Shown piece by piece: positions 1-12,699 of a stretch of 64,000 nt of DNA (positions are counted from its first letter, which is position 1; every line of letters starts with the position of its first letter). The stretch lies in assembly GCF_009914755.1 (NCBI RefSeq), contig NC_060947.1. The stretch is one strand, 5' to 3'. The translations under genes were made by a program, and so were the position numbers. The DNA comes from the human T2T-CHM13v2.0 reference genome, Homo sapiens. The notes below the pieces were generated by a model. The model was not told where the DNA came from. It searched no databases and saw only the letters and a program-made list of their open reading frames with translations.

Positions 1-949
1 TCAGGCATTCAATAAGTAATAAAAGAGATAAACTGGCATCCCTGGGAAGGGCATAGTGTTTATATAGCAACAGATTTATGGAAAACCCCGCAATTTGGGA
101 GGAATAAGAAGTAGCTCAATCGAGAGCATATGGATTGAAAAAAAGAAGTTGAGGTTTGAGAGGTAGATTCAAATCAGCTCATAAATGTCTGTGGAATTTC
201 ACCAAAGAAGTTTGTACTTATCTGTAGACAATGAGAGATCATTTTATGGCACTATGTAAGGTGACCTGCTCAATTTGTGGTAAGGAGATTAGGTAGAGTT
301 TTCATAAAATAAACTGACTCCTATGGAATGCTCTCATAACTCATATAGAAACCCTCATTCCTTACATCAAGGCCAAACATACATGTGTCCAGAAGATTCC
401 AAAGATGTAAACTATATAATGAGAACCCCATGCACTGAAGCAAGCAAGATTAGTAGGTATTTGAGGCAAGATTTTTGATCTTCCAGTATTAGTATGAACA
501 GTACACAGCAATTAGCCCCATTATTTATTGCATAGGGCCAACTCTCTAAAGGTTCCTGTTTTTGTTTGCTTATTTTTTCTGGTTGTTTTTAAGAGTAAAG
601 AAGTATAGATTCTCTAGGTGAAAGGAGCATTGGAAATCATCTGGACCAATCTTCTGTCAATATATTACTTTCTTGTATATTTGTCTACCATGAGGAAATT
701 AGGCCTCTGATTAAACAGATTCAGCAATGTACAGTAAATGTCTTCTGTGGAAAGTCAATCTATTGTTTGGCAATTCATATCACTGAAAATATTTCTTTTA
801 CTGAATCAATGTTTTTTCTGCCTTGTCTGTGACCTACTACTTCTAAATCTGCCACGTAGAGAAAAAAAAAAGAGTTTAATTCTGTCCTACATAACAATCC
901 TTAAATACTTGAAGGCAACAATCATGTATCTCCTTCATTAGTACCCTAC

Positions 950-1461
950 TGTGATGGTTAATTTTAAGTGTTAACTTGACTGGATTAAGAGATATCCAAA
1001 TAGCTGGTGTAGCATTACCTTGGGATATGGCTGTTATAGTATTTCCAGAAGAGATTGACATTTGAATCAGTGGACTGAGTAAGCAATATCTGCCCTAACC
1101 CAATGTGGGTGGGCACCATCAATCTGCTGAGTGCCTGGATAGAACAAATGGGCAGTTCATTCTTTTTCTTCTGGAGTGGAGACACCCCTTTTCACCTGCG
1201 TTTGTACATCAGGACTCTAAATTCCCAGGTCTTTAGACTTTAAGACTCACACCAGCAGCCTCCCAGTTTCTCAAGCCTTCAACCTCAGACTGATAGTTAT
1301 ACCATTGGCTTCCAGGGTTCTCAGGCCTTTGGATTTGGACTGAGACAAGCTACTGGCTTCCGTCATTCGCCAGCTTGCAAAAAGCCTATCATGGGACTTC
1401 TTAGCCTCTATAATTGCATGAGCCAATTTTCCTAATAAATTTCTATCTATCTATCTATCTA

Positions 1462-1502
<41 letters not shown>

Positions 1503-1567
1503 GTAGCTATCTATCTGTCTACCTGTCTGTCTCTGGTTCTGTCTTCTGGAGAACCCTGACTAATACA
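950..1567 (+). mobile_element. MLT2-family (ERVL) solo LTR
   Basis: Starts TGTGATGGTTAATTTT and ends CTGGAGAACCCTGACTAATACA, as in MLT2. 5-bp TSD CCTAC (945-949) / CTTAC (1568-1572), one mismatch. Confidence 0.9.
1442..1530 (+). repeat. Compound (TCTA)n(TCTG)n microsatellite inside the MLT2 LTR
   Basis: Directly visible tetranucleotide array. Confidence 0.95.
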
Positions 1568-3889
1568 CTTACTATATTTAATCACATACACCCGACTACA
1601 ATCTGTTAAAACTAATCAGTTGGATTTTTTTTGCTGGATTTTTTTAGGCTCAGGAGTCAAAGTGAGGAATACTTATTTACCTACACAGTGCAGCAATAAA
1701 TTTGCATGAGCATATTCATTACTACTTTTAAATCCAGTGGTTCACCCTCCTTTCAGAAAAATCCTGGAAATTTGTGACATTTGGTATTCATTCGTTTCTT
1801 TGCTATCATCCTAGAGTAGATAATTAAGAAATAATTGTGTAAGATAAACCATCTTATGCACAATTCCAAAACCTAACACCAGCAGGGTGAAAGGAAAGCG
1901 TATTTTTCAGTTGTTCATGTTTGATGTCCCATGCAGAGCAGGATATCTGAATGATACACATATCTGCAGGGGTTTGATTATTATGCTGTATAAATTAACT
2001 TTCATTTAAAATTTATAAAAATAAGGCATGAGGTATTTTTTTCATGTGTTCGAAACAATTACATTAAACCACTTAAGCAATATGGCATCAAGTCATGTTT
2101 CTAAATATTTAAATTGGAAATCTACAGATGACAAAACTAGAAATTAGAATTAAACTCTTACAGAGGAAATGATCCAGATGGACCACTAAGCCATTAGGAA
2201 GCTATATAAGGATGAAAATGAGGAGAAATGCAATAGAACAACCCACTCCCATAATACAACAAGTTAAAATGCTAATAACAGTTCAGGCAACATTTAGCTG
2301 GTCAAACTCTCTTAAATCCATTGAAACTTCATATATGTGTGCTAAGATACAGAGAAAGACTCATGCTGATATGAATCATAGAAATAGAAAGATAAGGTCC
2401 AGTTGAAGCAAATGAAACTGTATTAAGAAGTCCAAAGCTCATTGATGCACAAATTGCATTTTAAGTGTTAGATAATATCAGACTATCATTTTGCCTTATT
2501 TCATCAACTCAACTCCTATTGATATAAATACTACCTACTTCATCAACCGTCTAAGAAGGAGGATGAAGAGCCTTGGCAGATTAGAAATATAAATTAAACA
2601 ATGCCAAATCTATTGTTAACAGGATTATTTCTCTTTTCTCACACTAAAAATCTTGGCATATTATTTCTTTCAGACACTGGGGTTGATTTCTTTGAGTTAT
2701 AGCAAAAATCAAACCACTATTAATCCCTTTTGCTGTAATGAGACACTAACAAATAGAGCTTAAAGGTGAGTTTAAGGCCAAACCTGTCAGCTACTGGTTC
2801 AGCTGTTCTTTGAAACAAGTTGATATCATTTACCTATGGCTCTGTCAATTAGATATAATCTTGCAGTTAAACTTGGTAATGAAGATTACACAAATAGTAC
2901 TCTCCACACAACTCAGAGAACATTGTTTACGTGTGTTCTAACAACCTCCTTGAAGCAGGTGTGGAATAGAAACAGAGAAAGAGACATAGAGACACATAGG
3001 AGACACACTGATAAAACAAAGTAGAGCGCCAGAGAAATACTTCCCACCCAATGTTTTGCATATAGAAGGTGCTCAATAAACATTTGTTAAATTATTCAAT
3101 TATACTAAATTAAGAAGCTTTAAAATAAAGTTTTAACAGAATTTTCAATTTTACATTCTACTGAGGGGTCAAGAAAATCAGAAACTGTCTGTGCCTCCAT
3201 CCGTCACTACAAAATCCACTGTCCAAGTAGTTTGCCATGGAGACAGAATCCTAGCTATGTATGCCCTCAAAGCACCAACCTAATGGGAACTGGGCTGATT
3301 CACTACATGACTATTAAGCATAGCCGATGACATTAGAAAGTGCTGTTCAGGGGTATTTTCATTAAAATGGACAAAAATATATACTAAAATGCTTGCGGTA
3401 GGGGGAAGAAAATCTGCATTGCAGAAATGACTTAAATACCACAGTTCATAAATTATCTCTTTTATACTAGTTATTGATTCTTGTCAATGCAAATGACTAC
3501 GGGTTTTATTGCAGACAAAAAATGCAAAAGAAAAGCTTGAATTTCTGTTTAAAAATCAAGGCCAGAATTTAAAATAATAATAAAATTATTTCAATTCTCT
3601 GTTATAGAATTTTTTTAAGAAAACCAGCTCATAGCTCATATTCAGGAAAAAGGCCTTTCAAACAATAACTTCTGAAAAGTTTCAGGTATTGTCTTATCTG
3701 TCCAAAATTGTGAAAGACAAAATATATTATAGTGCAAGAAACATCTTTCTTGAGATACTTTTGTCTTGTTTATTCCATTTTCTCACTCAAAATTTGGATA
3801 AAATGTATTCATTTATTCATTAAAAATAATTGAGCTTTTTAGCATCACTTATAAAGTATCGATGATAAAAAATGTTTAACTTAAATTTA

Positions 3890-4775
3890 ATCAAACCTTT
3901 AGATCTAACTTTTAGTTAACAGGAAATAGAATAGAGGAGTAAGTAAAATGTACCACATAGAAAACGTCAAATCCAGAATGTGAGACTATCTATAGAACAA
4001 GATTTCTGGTTGTGTATCATAAAACCAATCATGAAAGAAGTCCAATATCATGAAAAAACTGGGGAATCTATTTTAGATTATGATATTAAGAAGATATAAC
4101 AACCAAATACAATCTGTGAATAGTGGTTGGATTCGTTTGTTTGTTTGTTTGTTTGTTTTTAGAGCCAGAGTCCCTCTGAATCACCCAGGCTGGAGTGGAG
4201 TGGCATGCTCGTGGCTCATTGCAGCCTCAAACTCCTGAGCTCAAGCCATGCTCCTGCCTCAGTCCCCAGAGTACTTTGAGCTACAGGCACACATCGCCAT
4301 GCCCAGCTAGTTGTTTTCTTTGTAGAGACAGTGTCCCACTGTGTATTCCAGGCTGGTCTCAAAACCCCTGATCTCAAGTGATCCTCCATCCTTGCCCTCC
4401 TAAAACATTGGGATTACAGGGGTAAGCCACCACACTTGGTCTCTTTGTTGTTTAATTAAAAAAAAATAAGACCAATTTTAAGGCCAACTGGGGAGTATTT
4501 AGATATAGACTGGATAATATATAATATTAGAGAATTAGTGTTAATTTTCTTAGAAGAAATAATAAAACTCAAGCTTTTAAGGACATGAATGTAAAGTAAT
4601 TAGGGGAGAACTATTAAGATGTAGGTAGCTCATATTCAAATGGTTCAGTAAGGTACATAAACACAGATGGAAAGAAAGCAACTGTAGCAAAATATTTACG
4701 ATTGGTCAATTTAAATAATGTTTGTGCTCATTGTACTATTTTCTGCTTAAACATTGCCATAATAATAAAAATATA
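3890..4775 (+). mobile_element. Ancient L1MC/L1ME-type 3' fragment interrupted by an Alu
   Basis: Degenerate similarity to L1MC 3'UTR motifs (AAATCCAGAATGTGAGACTATCT, ACAACCAAATACAAT) on both sides of the Alu. Boundaries approximate. Confidence 0.55.
4135..4441 (-). mobile_element. AluJ-family SINE
   Basis: Reverse-complement dimeric Alu, highly diverged, GCAGCCTCAAACTCCTGAGCTCAAG (J-type); tail decayed to (TTTG)n. Confidence 0.9.
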
Positions 4776-4989
4776 AAAAATAATAGTTTAATTAGGAAAA
4801 TCATATATGGATATATACACACAAATATGCATATATACACATGCATATATGCATACATTTTGTATGTGTACTTTGTGCCACATGCTGTTCTAGATACTGG
4901 GAATAACAATAAGGACAAGACATTTACTGTCCCTGTCATCAAGTGTGTCCAATGAGAATCAGTGTCAAAGGCCCAGAAACAAATAAAAA

Positions 4990-5540
4990 TTGCTTTAAAT
5001 AAATTTATTTAAATAATTTGTACACCATAAAATTTACAAGTTGTAAAAGTAAAGCTAGGTATGTTTTGGTAAATTTACAGAGTTTTACATTTATCACTTC
5101 AATTCAATATTAGACCATTTCCATCACACTGATAAAACCCCTCATGTCCAACTGCAATTAATCTCTGATTCCACCTCCAGCCCCAGGCAACACTAATTTA
5201 CTTTCTGTCTCTATAGAATTTCTGGACATTTTAAACAAAAGAAATTATACAGTATATGAACATTTGTATCTGGCTTCTTATCATGTTTTTGAGACTTATT
5301 CATGTAATGGCATGCATTAATACTTCATTTCTTTTTTGGCTAAATAATAGTTCATTGTGTAAATATACCACATTTTGTTTATCCATTCACCAGTTTATGG
5401 ACATCTGGATTGTCTCAACTTTGGGACTCTTGTGAATAGTGTTGCTATTGACATTCATGTACATTTCTTTGTATAGAGATGTTTTCATTTTTCTAGGTTA
5501 AGTAGGAATGGAATTGTTCCATGTAATACTATTTAATTTT
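4990..5540 (-). mobile_element. Old L1M 3' fragment
   Basis: Antisense L1 3'-end motifs (CCACATTTTGTTTATCCATTCACC, TGTGAATAGTGTTGCTAT). Confidence 0.75.
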
Positions 5541-5541
5541 A

Positions 5542-7120
5542 CTTGTCATCACCGAATGGGCTCATGAACAAAGTGGCCATGGTGTCAGAGATGGAGGCTG
5601 TATATTAGTTCAGCAACATGGACTCCCATTCAACAAGGCTGACCTGGCTACTGCTACTACTCAGTGTCTAATTTGCCATTAGAAGAAACCAACATTTGTT
5701 CTCATTATGACACCATACTCCAGGGATATCAGCCAGCTACCTGGTGGCATGTTGATGACATTAGACTACTTCCATCATGGAAGTGGCAGTGTTTTGTTCT
5801 TGGTAGAAGAGACACTTACTCTGGGTATGGATTTGCCTTCCCTGAAAGGAATGCTTCTGCCAAAATTACCATCCATGGACTTATATAAGATATCTTTTAT
5901 CATGGTATTCCACACAACATTGCTTCTGAGCAAAAGAAGTGTGGCTGTGGGCTGTGGGCTCATGGAATTCACTGGTCTTACATTGTTCCTCACCATCATG
6001 AAGGGGCTGGTTTGATAGAATGGTAGAATACCTTTTGAATATGCATTTACAGAACCAGCTAGGCTGCAACATCTTGCAGGACTGGAGCAGGTTGTCCAGG
6101 AGGCTGTGTATGTTCTGAATCAGTATCTAATGTATGGCACCCCTTCTCTCATAGCCAGAATTCAGGGGTCCATGAATCAAAAAGGAAACCAAGGAGTAAA
6201 AATCAGGAAGCACCACACATTATTACACTCAGTGACCCACTAGGAAAGTTTTTGTTTCTTATTCCCATGACCTTATACTCTGTTGGCCCAGAGGTCTTAG
6301 CTCCAAAAGGAGGAATGATTTTACCAGGAGATACAGCAATAATTTCATTGAACTGGAAGTATAAATTGTCACCTGGACAACGTGGGCTCCTCATGCCTCT
6401 GATTCAAAAGGCAAAGGAGTTACTATACTAGCTAGGGTTATTGGGCCTGACAACCAAAGGGGAAATCGGACCACTATTCCATAACGTAGGTAAGAAACAG
6501 TATGTCTGTAATACAGGAGATCCTTGGGTTGTCTCTTAATTTTATCATGACCTGTGATTAAAGTAAATAAAAACTGCAACAACCCAATCCAGTCAGTACT
6601 ACTAATGGCCCAGAGTCTTTGGAAATGGTTCAAATCATACCATCAGGTTAAGAACCATGACCAGCTGAAGTGCTTAAGAAAGGCAAAGAAAATACAGAAT
6701 GTATAGTAGAAAAAGGTAATTATAAACATCAAACATGACTATATGGCCAGTTACAGAAAAAAGACTGTAATTATCCTATTTTCTCCTTGTTATGAATCTG
6801 TTCGTATGTGTTGGGTGCCAAATATTGTTTGATTTCTTCCCTCTCCTATTCCCTTATCATGTAACCCGAGATATACTGACTTTATATCATAGTATTAAAA
6901 TATAGTACATATTACATCATAGTATTTAACTTATGGGATATCAAGTAGAAGAGTAAACATCACTCAAGAACTTTACCTTCTCTTCTGGGGAAGATGTTAG
7001 TGCATTTTTCTGTTGAATTATGTGTGGAGAAACTATCACTTTGTCATTGTTTTTATTTGGAAATTAAGTATAGCTTAAGGATATGCTTAGGGGTCTGTAG
7101 TCGACAAGGGGTGGTCAACT
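5542..7120 (+). mobile_element. HERV-L/ERVL internal 3' part: decayed integrase, dUTPase and polypurine tract
   Basis: WAHEQSGHG zinc-finger start. ORF 5664-5888 QPATWWHVD...DTYSGYGFAFP matches the ERVL integrase core. EVLAPKGGMILPGDT..LNWK (about 6290-6360) is the ERVL dUTPase. PPT GACAAGGGGTGG at 7103-7114 precedes the LTR. Confidence 0.9.
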
Positions 7121-7245
7121 TGGGATAGTTAAGTTTATGTGTCAACCTGAATGGGCCCTGAGGTAGTCAGATATTTGGTCAAACATTATTCTGGGTCTTT
7201 GAGGGTGTTTCTGAATGAGATTAACATTTGAATTGGTAGACTTAG

Positions 7246-8288
7246 TGTTATGGGATCTTTGGGGTGTTGCTTTTCTGGCCAAAAATCTCTGTGGCCAGTG
7301 GTGCCTTTGCCTGAGTTTTGCTTAGGGTCCACTGGTGTCATTCCACCCACCTGACCTGGCAGGCTGCACTTGGCTCACGCTACCAGCTTGGATCTCATGC
7401 CTGCCAAGGGCAACTGAGGCATGGAGTAGGGAGGGATGTGAGAGCAAGTGTGGGTTCCAGTCACTGTGCAGTCAGACATGCTAGCTGCTGCCACTGGGTG
7501 GGCAGCTCCAGGTGCCGGCATGGGCACCAGGTCTCTGTGAGGCTGTGGCTAGATCAGGCACACTGCAAGCAGCTTCCATGTCTGGCACTGGGGAATGCAC
7601 TGGCGCCCAAAGCTTGGAGATGCCAGGAACCACAGGGCCCCAAAGAGGGAGTCATAGCCCTGGCTCTGGGAGCTCCCATGTCTGGGGTCCCAGAAGGGCC
7701 GCAGCTCTTCTCTTTACCCGCAACACAGCAAGCATGTTGCATGTTCCAGCCCTGCTTATGTTACAGCTCTTTTAGCCCTGCCATTCTACAGGTCCTGAGT
7801 TCTTGTCCTGCAACAAGGAAGAATGAGGTACACAGACAAGTGGAGGGTGATCAAGATGAAGAGGAGCTCCACTGAGTGACAGAACAGCTCAGAAAAAACC
7901 TGCAGTCGGTAGCTCCTTTCTGCAGCTCATCATCCTGACATCACTGCAGCTCTCAGCAGAGAGGAGGCCCTGGAGTGGGTAGCTCCTCACTGTTGGAGCA
8001 GTCGCTGACAGGAAGGAGAAGCCAGGCAGTGGGAGTAGGCATTTCCAAGCTGTGAGGGCAGAGGGGGCCTTCCTTTGCCTCCAGAGCACAGAGATACCCA
8101 GGTCCTCAGCCGCAGCTTGGGCAGCTGCAGTGGCACCTGGGGAGCTCCCACCCCAACTTGGAAGGGGTGGTGCTCCCACTTGTCCCTGGCTCCCAGCAGC
8201 TCCATGGATTGTGCAGCCCTGGCTGTGCCTCCATGCTGCAGCCAATGTAATGGCAGTGGACACTCTAGATGGCCCCCCACTGCCATTA
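7246..8288 (-). mobile_element. GC-rich ERV1-class solo LTR, MER52-like
   Basis: TGTTATGGGATCTTTGGGGTG...CCACTGCCATTA termini. Exact 4-bp TSD TTAG (7242-7245, 8289-8292), the length typical of ERV1. Family name and strand are from recall. Confidence 0.8.
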
Positions 8289-8645
8289 TTAGTAAAGTAT
8301 ATTGCCTTTCTTAATGTGAGTGACCACATCCAAACAGTTGAAAGCCTGAATAGAACAAGAAACCTGGCCTTCTCTTGAGTAAGAGCAGATTTCTCTTGCC
8401 TTAATGCCTTTGAGATGAGACATCAATCTATTTCCTAATTTGGGACTTGAACTGAAACACTGGCTCTTCCTTGGTCTCAAGTCTACCAGCCTTCAGGCTG
8501 GAACTACACCATTTGCTATCCTGGTTTTCAGACTTTCTGACTTGAACTGTAAATATACCTTTGGCTTTCCTGTTTTTCAAGCTTACAGACTGCATCAGAG
8601 CATGGGACTTCTCAACCTTCATAATTATCTGAGCCACTTCCCCTC

Positions 8646-8663
8646 GTGTGTGTGTGTGTGTGT

Positions 8664-8701
<38 letters not shown>
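8646..8701 (+). repeat. (GT)n microsatellite
   Basis: About 28 GT units with one AT interruption. Confidence 0.97.
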
Positions 8702-8703
<2 letters not shown>

Positions 8704-9196
8704 GTATATGTATACCATTGATTCTATGTATCCTGTTGCTTTCAGATTGCAGACAGCAGATTGTGGGATTTCTCAGCCTCTATAAGTGAAATCCTCAAAC
8801 TGAATCTCTGAGTATTGTTTCCATTTCTCTGGAGAACTCTCACTAATACAGATGGCTATGCTATGACTACCTATGGCAGAGGTAATATAGATAATTTCAT
8901 GATTTCTAGCTAGATGGATACACCATTTTCAAGTCTTTTAGTGCCAGGAATTCCAAATTTTCAGTCTTTCAGTTACAGGAATTCAAAAATTGCCACCACA
9001 TACACTGTTACCTGAAGTACAACTTGTATTATATAAAGAATTCATATTTTTCTTCTTTGTAAGAATAATATTCTGAAATATCTTTCAAAATATTCCTTAA
9101 AATATGATTTATCAATATACATTTCAATCACTGGTCATTCATTGCAATGCACTATAGAGAAGTATTTAAGAGAAAAGCCTTTGGAGTTATGCTTAA

Positions 9197-9580
9197 TGAT
9201 ATCCTTTGGATTTGTGTCCTTGCCCAAATCTCATGTTGAATTGTGAGCCCCCATGTTGGAGGAGGGTCCTGCTGGGAGGTGACTGGATCATGGGGGTGGA
9301 TTTCCCCCTTGCTATTCCCATGACAGCAAGTGAATTCTCATGAGATCTGGTTGTTTAAAGGTGTAGAGAACCTCCTACTGCTCTCTCTTCCTATTGCTTT
9401 TGCCATGTAGGATGTGCCTCCTTCCTCTTCACCTTCTGCCATGATTGTAAGTTTCCCGAGGCCTCCCAAACCATGCTCACTGTACAGCCAGTGGAACTGT
9501 GAGTCAATTAATCATCTTTTCTTTGTAAATCACCCAGTCTCAGGTAGTTCTTAATAGCAATGTGAGAATGGACTAATACA
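9197..9580 (+). mobile_element. MSTA-type MaLR solo LTR inserted in a MIR (MIR about 9155-9750)
   Basis: TGATAT...CCCAAATCTCATG start, GGACTAATACA end. Perfect 5-bp TSD CTTAA (9192-9196, 9581-9585). MIR-core-like sequence on both flanks. Confidence 0.92.
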
Positions 9581-10338
9581 CTTAATTAGTTTGAATTTAT
9601 TTTTTCTACTTTTATCTGTGTGATCTTTGACAAGCTACCTTAGTGTTCTGTGTCACAGTTCTCACATGTGTAAAAATGGCATATAAAAATGAATATGACA
9701 CATTGGGCACATTTCAAGTGCTCAGTAAATAATAGTCACCATAATTATTAATCTTTATCTTATTTCTCATTTCTTTGTCTTCATCAAAGGAGATCTGTAT
9801 ATATTTGTAGATTAAACTTTTCAAAAGAATTTAATGGCCTGCTGTCAATTCTAACATGACCAATTGCCTCTTATCTAAATCTGATCTCTAATGTAAGTCC
9901 AAAATAATCCACTAAAAAGAAGACATTTTTCTGCAAAGCTCAAGGATCACCAATTTCTACATTAAATTGTCAAATCTATGTTATCACTTTGTATCAGAAG
10001 TTATTCCTCTACATGTTCTGTTACTGAAATTAGAATAGAAAAGAACAAAAGAGAAATAAAATATTCAACCAAATGGTTCTCTCACTAACCCCCACCCCCA
10101 TAATTCAATGCCAAAATCAAAAGAAACCAAAGCTTAAGTGATATTTCCATCAGACCTAACATTTTAAAAAGGAACAAGATGCAGAAACAAACACTTTGAA
10201 TTAATTAGCTGTTGTACTATTAGATAAATAACTCTGAGCTAAGTGATTATAAGTCAAACTTTGTAACAAGTACATTTTGACAGCCTTTCGTTACTAGCTC
10301 TGGGTAATAGAACCTTTACTATAGTGAAAGGTAAACTA

Positions 10339-10640
10339 GGCCAGTTGCAGTTGCTCATGTTTGTCATCCCAGCACTTTGAGAGCCAAGGCATGAAGATTG
10401 CTTGAGGTGAAGGGTTCAAGGCCGGTATGAGCAATATAGGGAGACCCTGTCTCTAAAAAAGTAAAGTTAAAATTTAGTTGGGCATGGTGATGCTCACCTG
10501 CAGTTCCAGCTATTCATGAGGCTGAGTGGGGATGATTTCTGAAGCTCAGGAGTTTGAGGCTATGACTGTGCCACTGCATTCCAGCCTGGGTGATGGAGAG
10601 AGACACTATTTCAAAAAAAAACAGAAACAAAAACAAAAAA
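10339..10640 (+). mobile_element. AluJ-family SINE
   Basis: Diverged dimeric Alu with J-type GGAGTTTGAGGCT and an A-rich tail. Confidence 0.9.
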
Positions 10641-12699
10641 GATCAACAAATGCTTCCCCTACAAATTTCCATTTTTTGTAACCTTCATTCAATAATAATC
10701 AGAGAAATGTAGTTTAATTTTATTGAAACAACACCTTTTTATTTTTTATTACTGTTGTATGACATAGTGTTAAGCAAAAATATCCACCATAAATCCCCAA
10801 ACCAGATTTTCAAACTTGCCTTCCTTTAAGTATGTATGTTCCAAGTCTTCATGCAATTTTATTCAGATTGAAAAGCAGTATTTATCTACAAACTCTAAAG
10901 AAAAAAAAAATATATTAATTAAATTTTATATGCACTAGATTTATTTATTCTTATTTTGGTATTGAAACCCTCTTAGAAGAAAGTCCTTGGGCTTGGAAAA
11001 AAATTTTAAAGTGGAGTTTTGCAGTTTGAAAATAGCTTTGAAGCATGTAGAAGTCCCAACAGAAGTCTTAGTGAGATTTCCATAGACGTACGTAAGTGTA
11101 TTTTGCTGTAATTCAATGTCCCCTTAGGTCATTAATTTTTGTAAGTTTAAAATTAAAGGTAAAAGAAATAGTAGGATAATGAGGCCATGGACTTACATAG
11201 CAGGGTAGAAGATGGAACAAAAAACATGTACATAAATAAACATTTTGGACAGCCTTTATGATCTCATGAAAAAAAAAGAAGGAAAGGAGTATGAACTTGA
11301 AAAACTCTAATATGCATGTAAGTAAAAAAAAAAATCCTTCATACTGTATAATTGTAAAAAACATAGTATAGGTTTAGTGGAGTTATAACATCATTTGTAA
11401 TTTAAGGTTGAGTAGCTGGCTCATATGTGTATGCATATAAACATGTATGCAGAGCATTGAGAGGTTATGTGACAAAAAGATGAGATTTGAGTTTGAAAGG
11501 CAAATTTAACTTTTAAATAGAAAAGAAAATATTCCAAAGTTTATATAATAAACATCAGACAATGAATTCACAGTAAAGTGTCTTGCAACAAATTTACCAT
11601 CTTGGTTTACACCCAAATCTCAAATATCTATGTATCTTCTTTCTTAGCACCACATTTAGAATGAATAAGCTGAAGCTAGAGGCAGACACATTGGAAAAAA
11701 TACGAAGAGTTGTCTGACAGCAAAATAAGTGGTATCAACACTATTTGAGTTGTCCATAATGTACTAATTCAAGACACTCAGCTATCATGAGCTATTTAGT
11801 TTAGGGGAAAATGGTTTTGCCCACTGTCACAGCTTCTGAGGTCATGATTTATATTACAAGCACAATCTTGGCTGTTTGCAATGAAGATTATATCATGCCT
11901 AGGAAATTGTGTTTTAAATGGTTAAAAAAAAGTCATACATTCACAAAAAGAAATATTTAAAAGTATTTAAATAAGTTCATTCAAGTTTTGGGGAAAATTC
12001 ACTTAAGAAAAACAATGTCCTAGAGCTGTTGTACACTATACACACAGGTATTTGACAATTTGCCTCCTGCTCACCCACTCCGTCAATTGGTACAGAAAAG
12101 CCATCGTGATTTATTCAACTCACAAAATCACCTCTTTAGCCTCTCTTTTTCTTCAGGAAGTTGTGTCCTCTTCAGCAGTGTGTCAATAAAGCCAAGTGCT
12201 ACCTGTGCCACTGCATTAGAAAGGAGAATTTAATTTGTAAAAACTCATTGATTTGCTCCTAGTCAATAGGGTAGACTGAGCTGACACAGCAGGACACACT
12301 CTCATCCTGCCCACCTCCCACTCAAAACACTTAGAAATGTTTGATAAAAGAAAACAAAATAATTTTGGGATATATAACTGAATTTGACATAAAGAAAGTG
12401 AAATATTGTGATGCCAGAGATGACAAAGGAAATAAATGAGAAAAGTAACAAAATCCAAAGCTAAATTTCAGATCTGAATCAGGTGTACACCATAATGCTT
12501 GCGGTCCTGAGGATCTGTCACTCTCTTGACAGATGATACTTAGGCTACCAGCCCCATTTCTACAAAGAGCTGGAGCTAGGCTTCAGGTGGCAAAATAGTT
12601 ATCTTCCTTCCAGAAATCAAAACCCCACATGTGCTTGGTTGTGGGGTCTGATGTCACAGGACCCATAAGGCATGGGACTCAAACCAAAACATGCATTTA

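Larger units (their letters stand above)
7121..8850 (+). mobile_element. MLT2 3' LTR of the ERVL, split by a nested LTR (pieces 7121-7245 and 8293-8850)
   Basis: Start TGGGATAGTTAAGTTTATGTGTCAAC. Sequence resumes TAGAC-TTAG-TAAAG across the insert. Ends GGAGAACTCTCACTAATACA. Confidence 0.88.

Noticed and set aside
7318-8378. Cluster of 60-185 aa overlapping ORFs
   Set aside because: They lie essentially within the GC-rich LTR insert, where stop codons are rare, and show no recognisable domain.
8428-8718. His-Thr and Cys-Val repeat ORFs
   Set aside because: Translations of the (GT)n microsatellite.
11598-11898. 301-nt minus-strand exon-like unit (TTCCTAG|G..ATG|GTAAAT)
   Set aside because: Stops in all frames, only moderate splice sites, and no recognisable homology.
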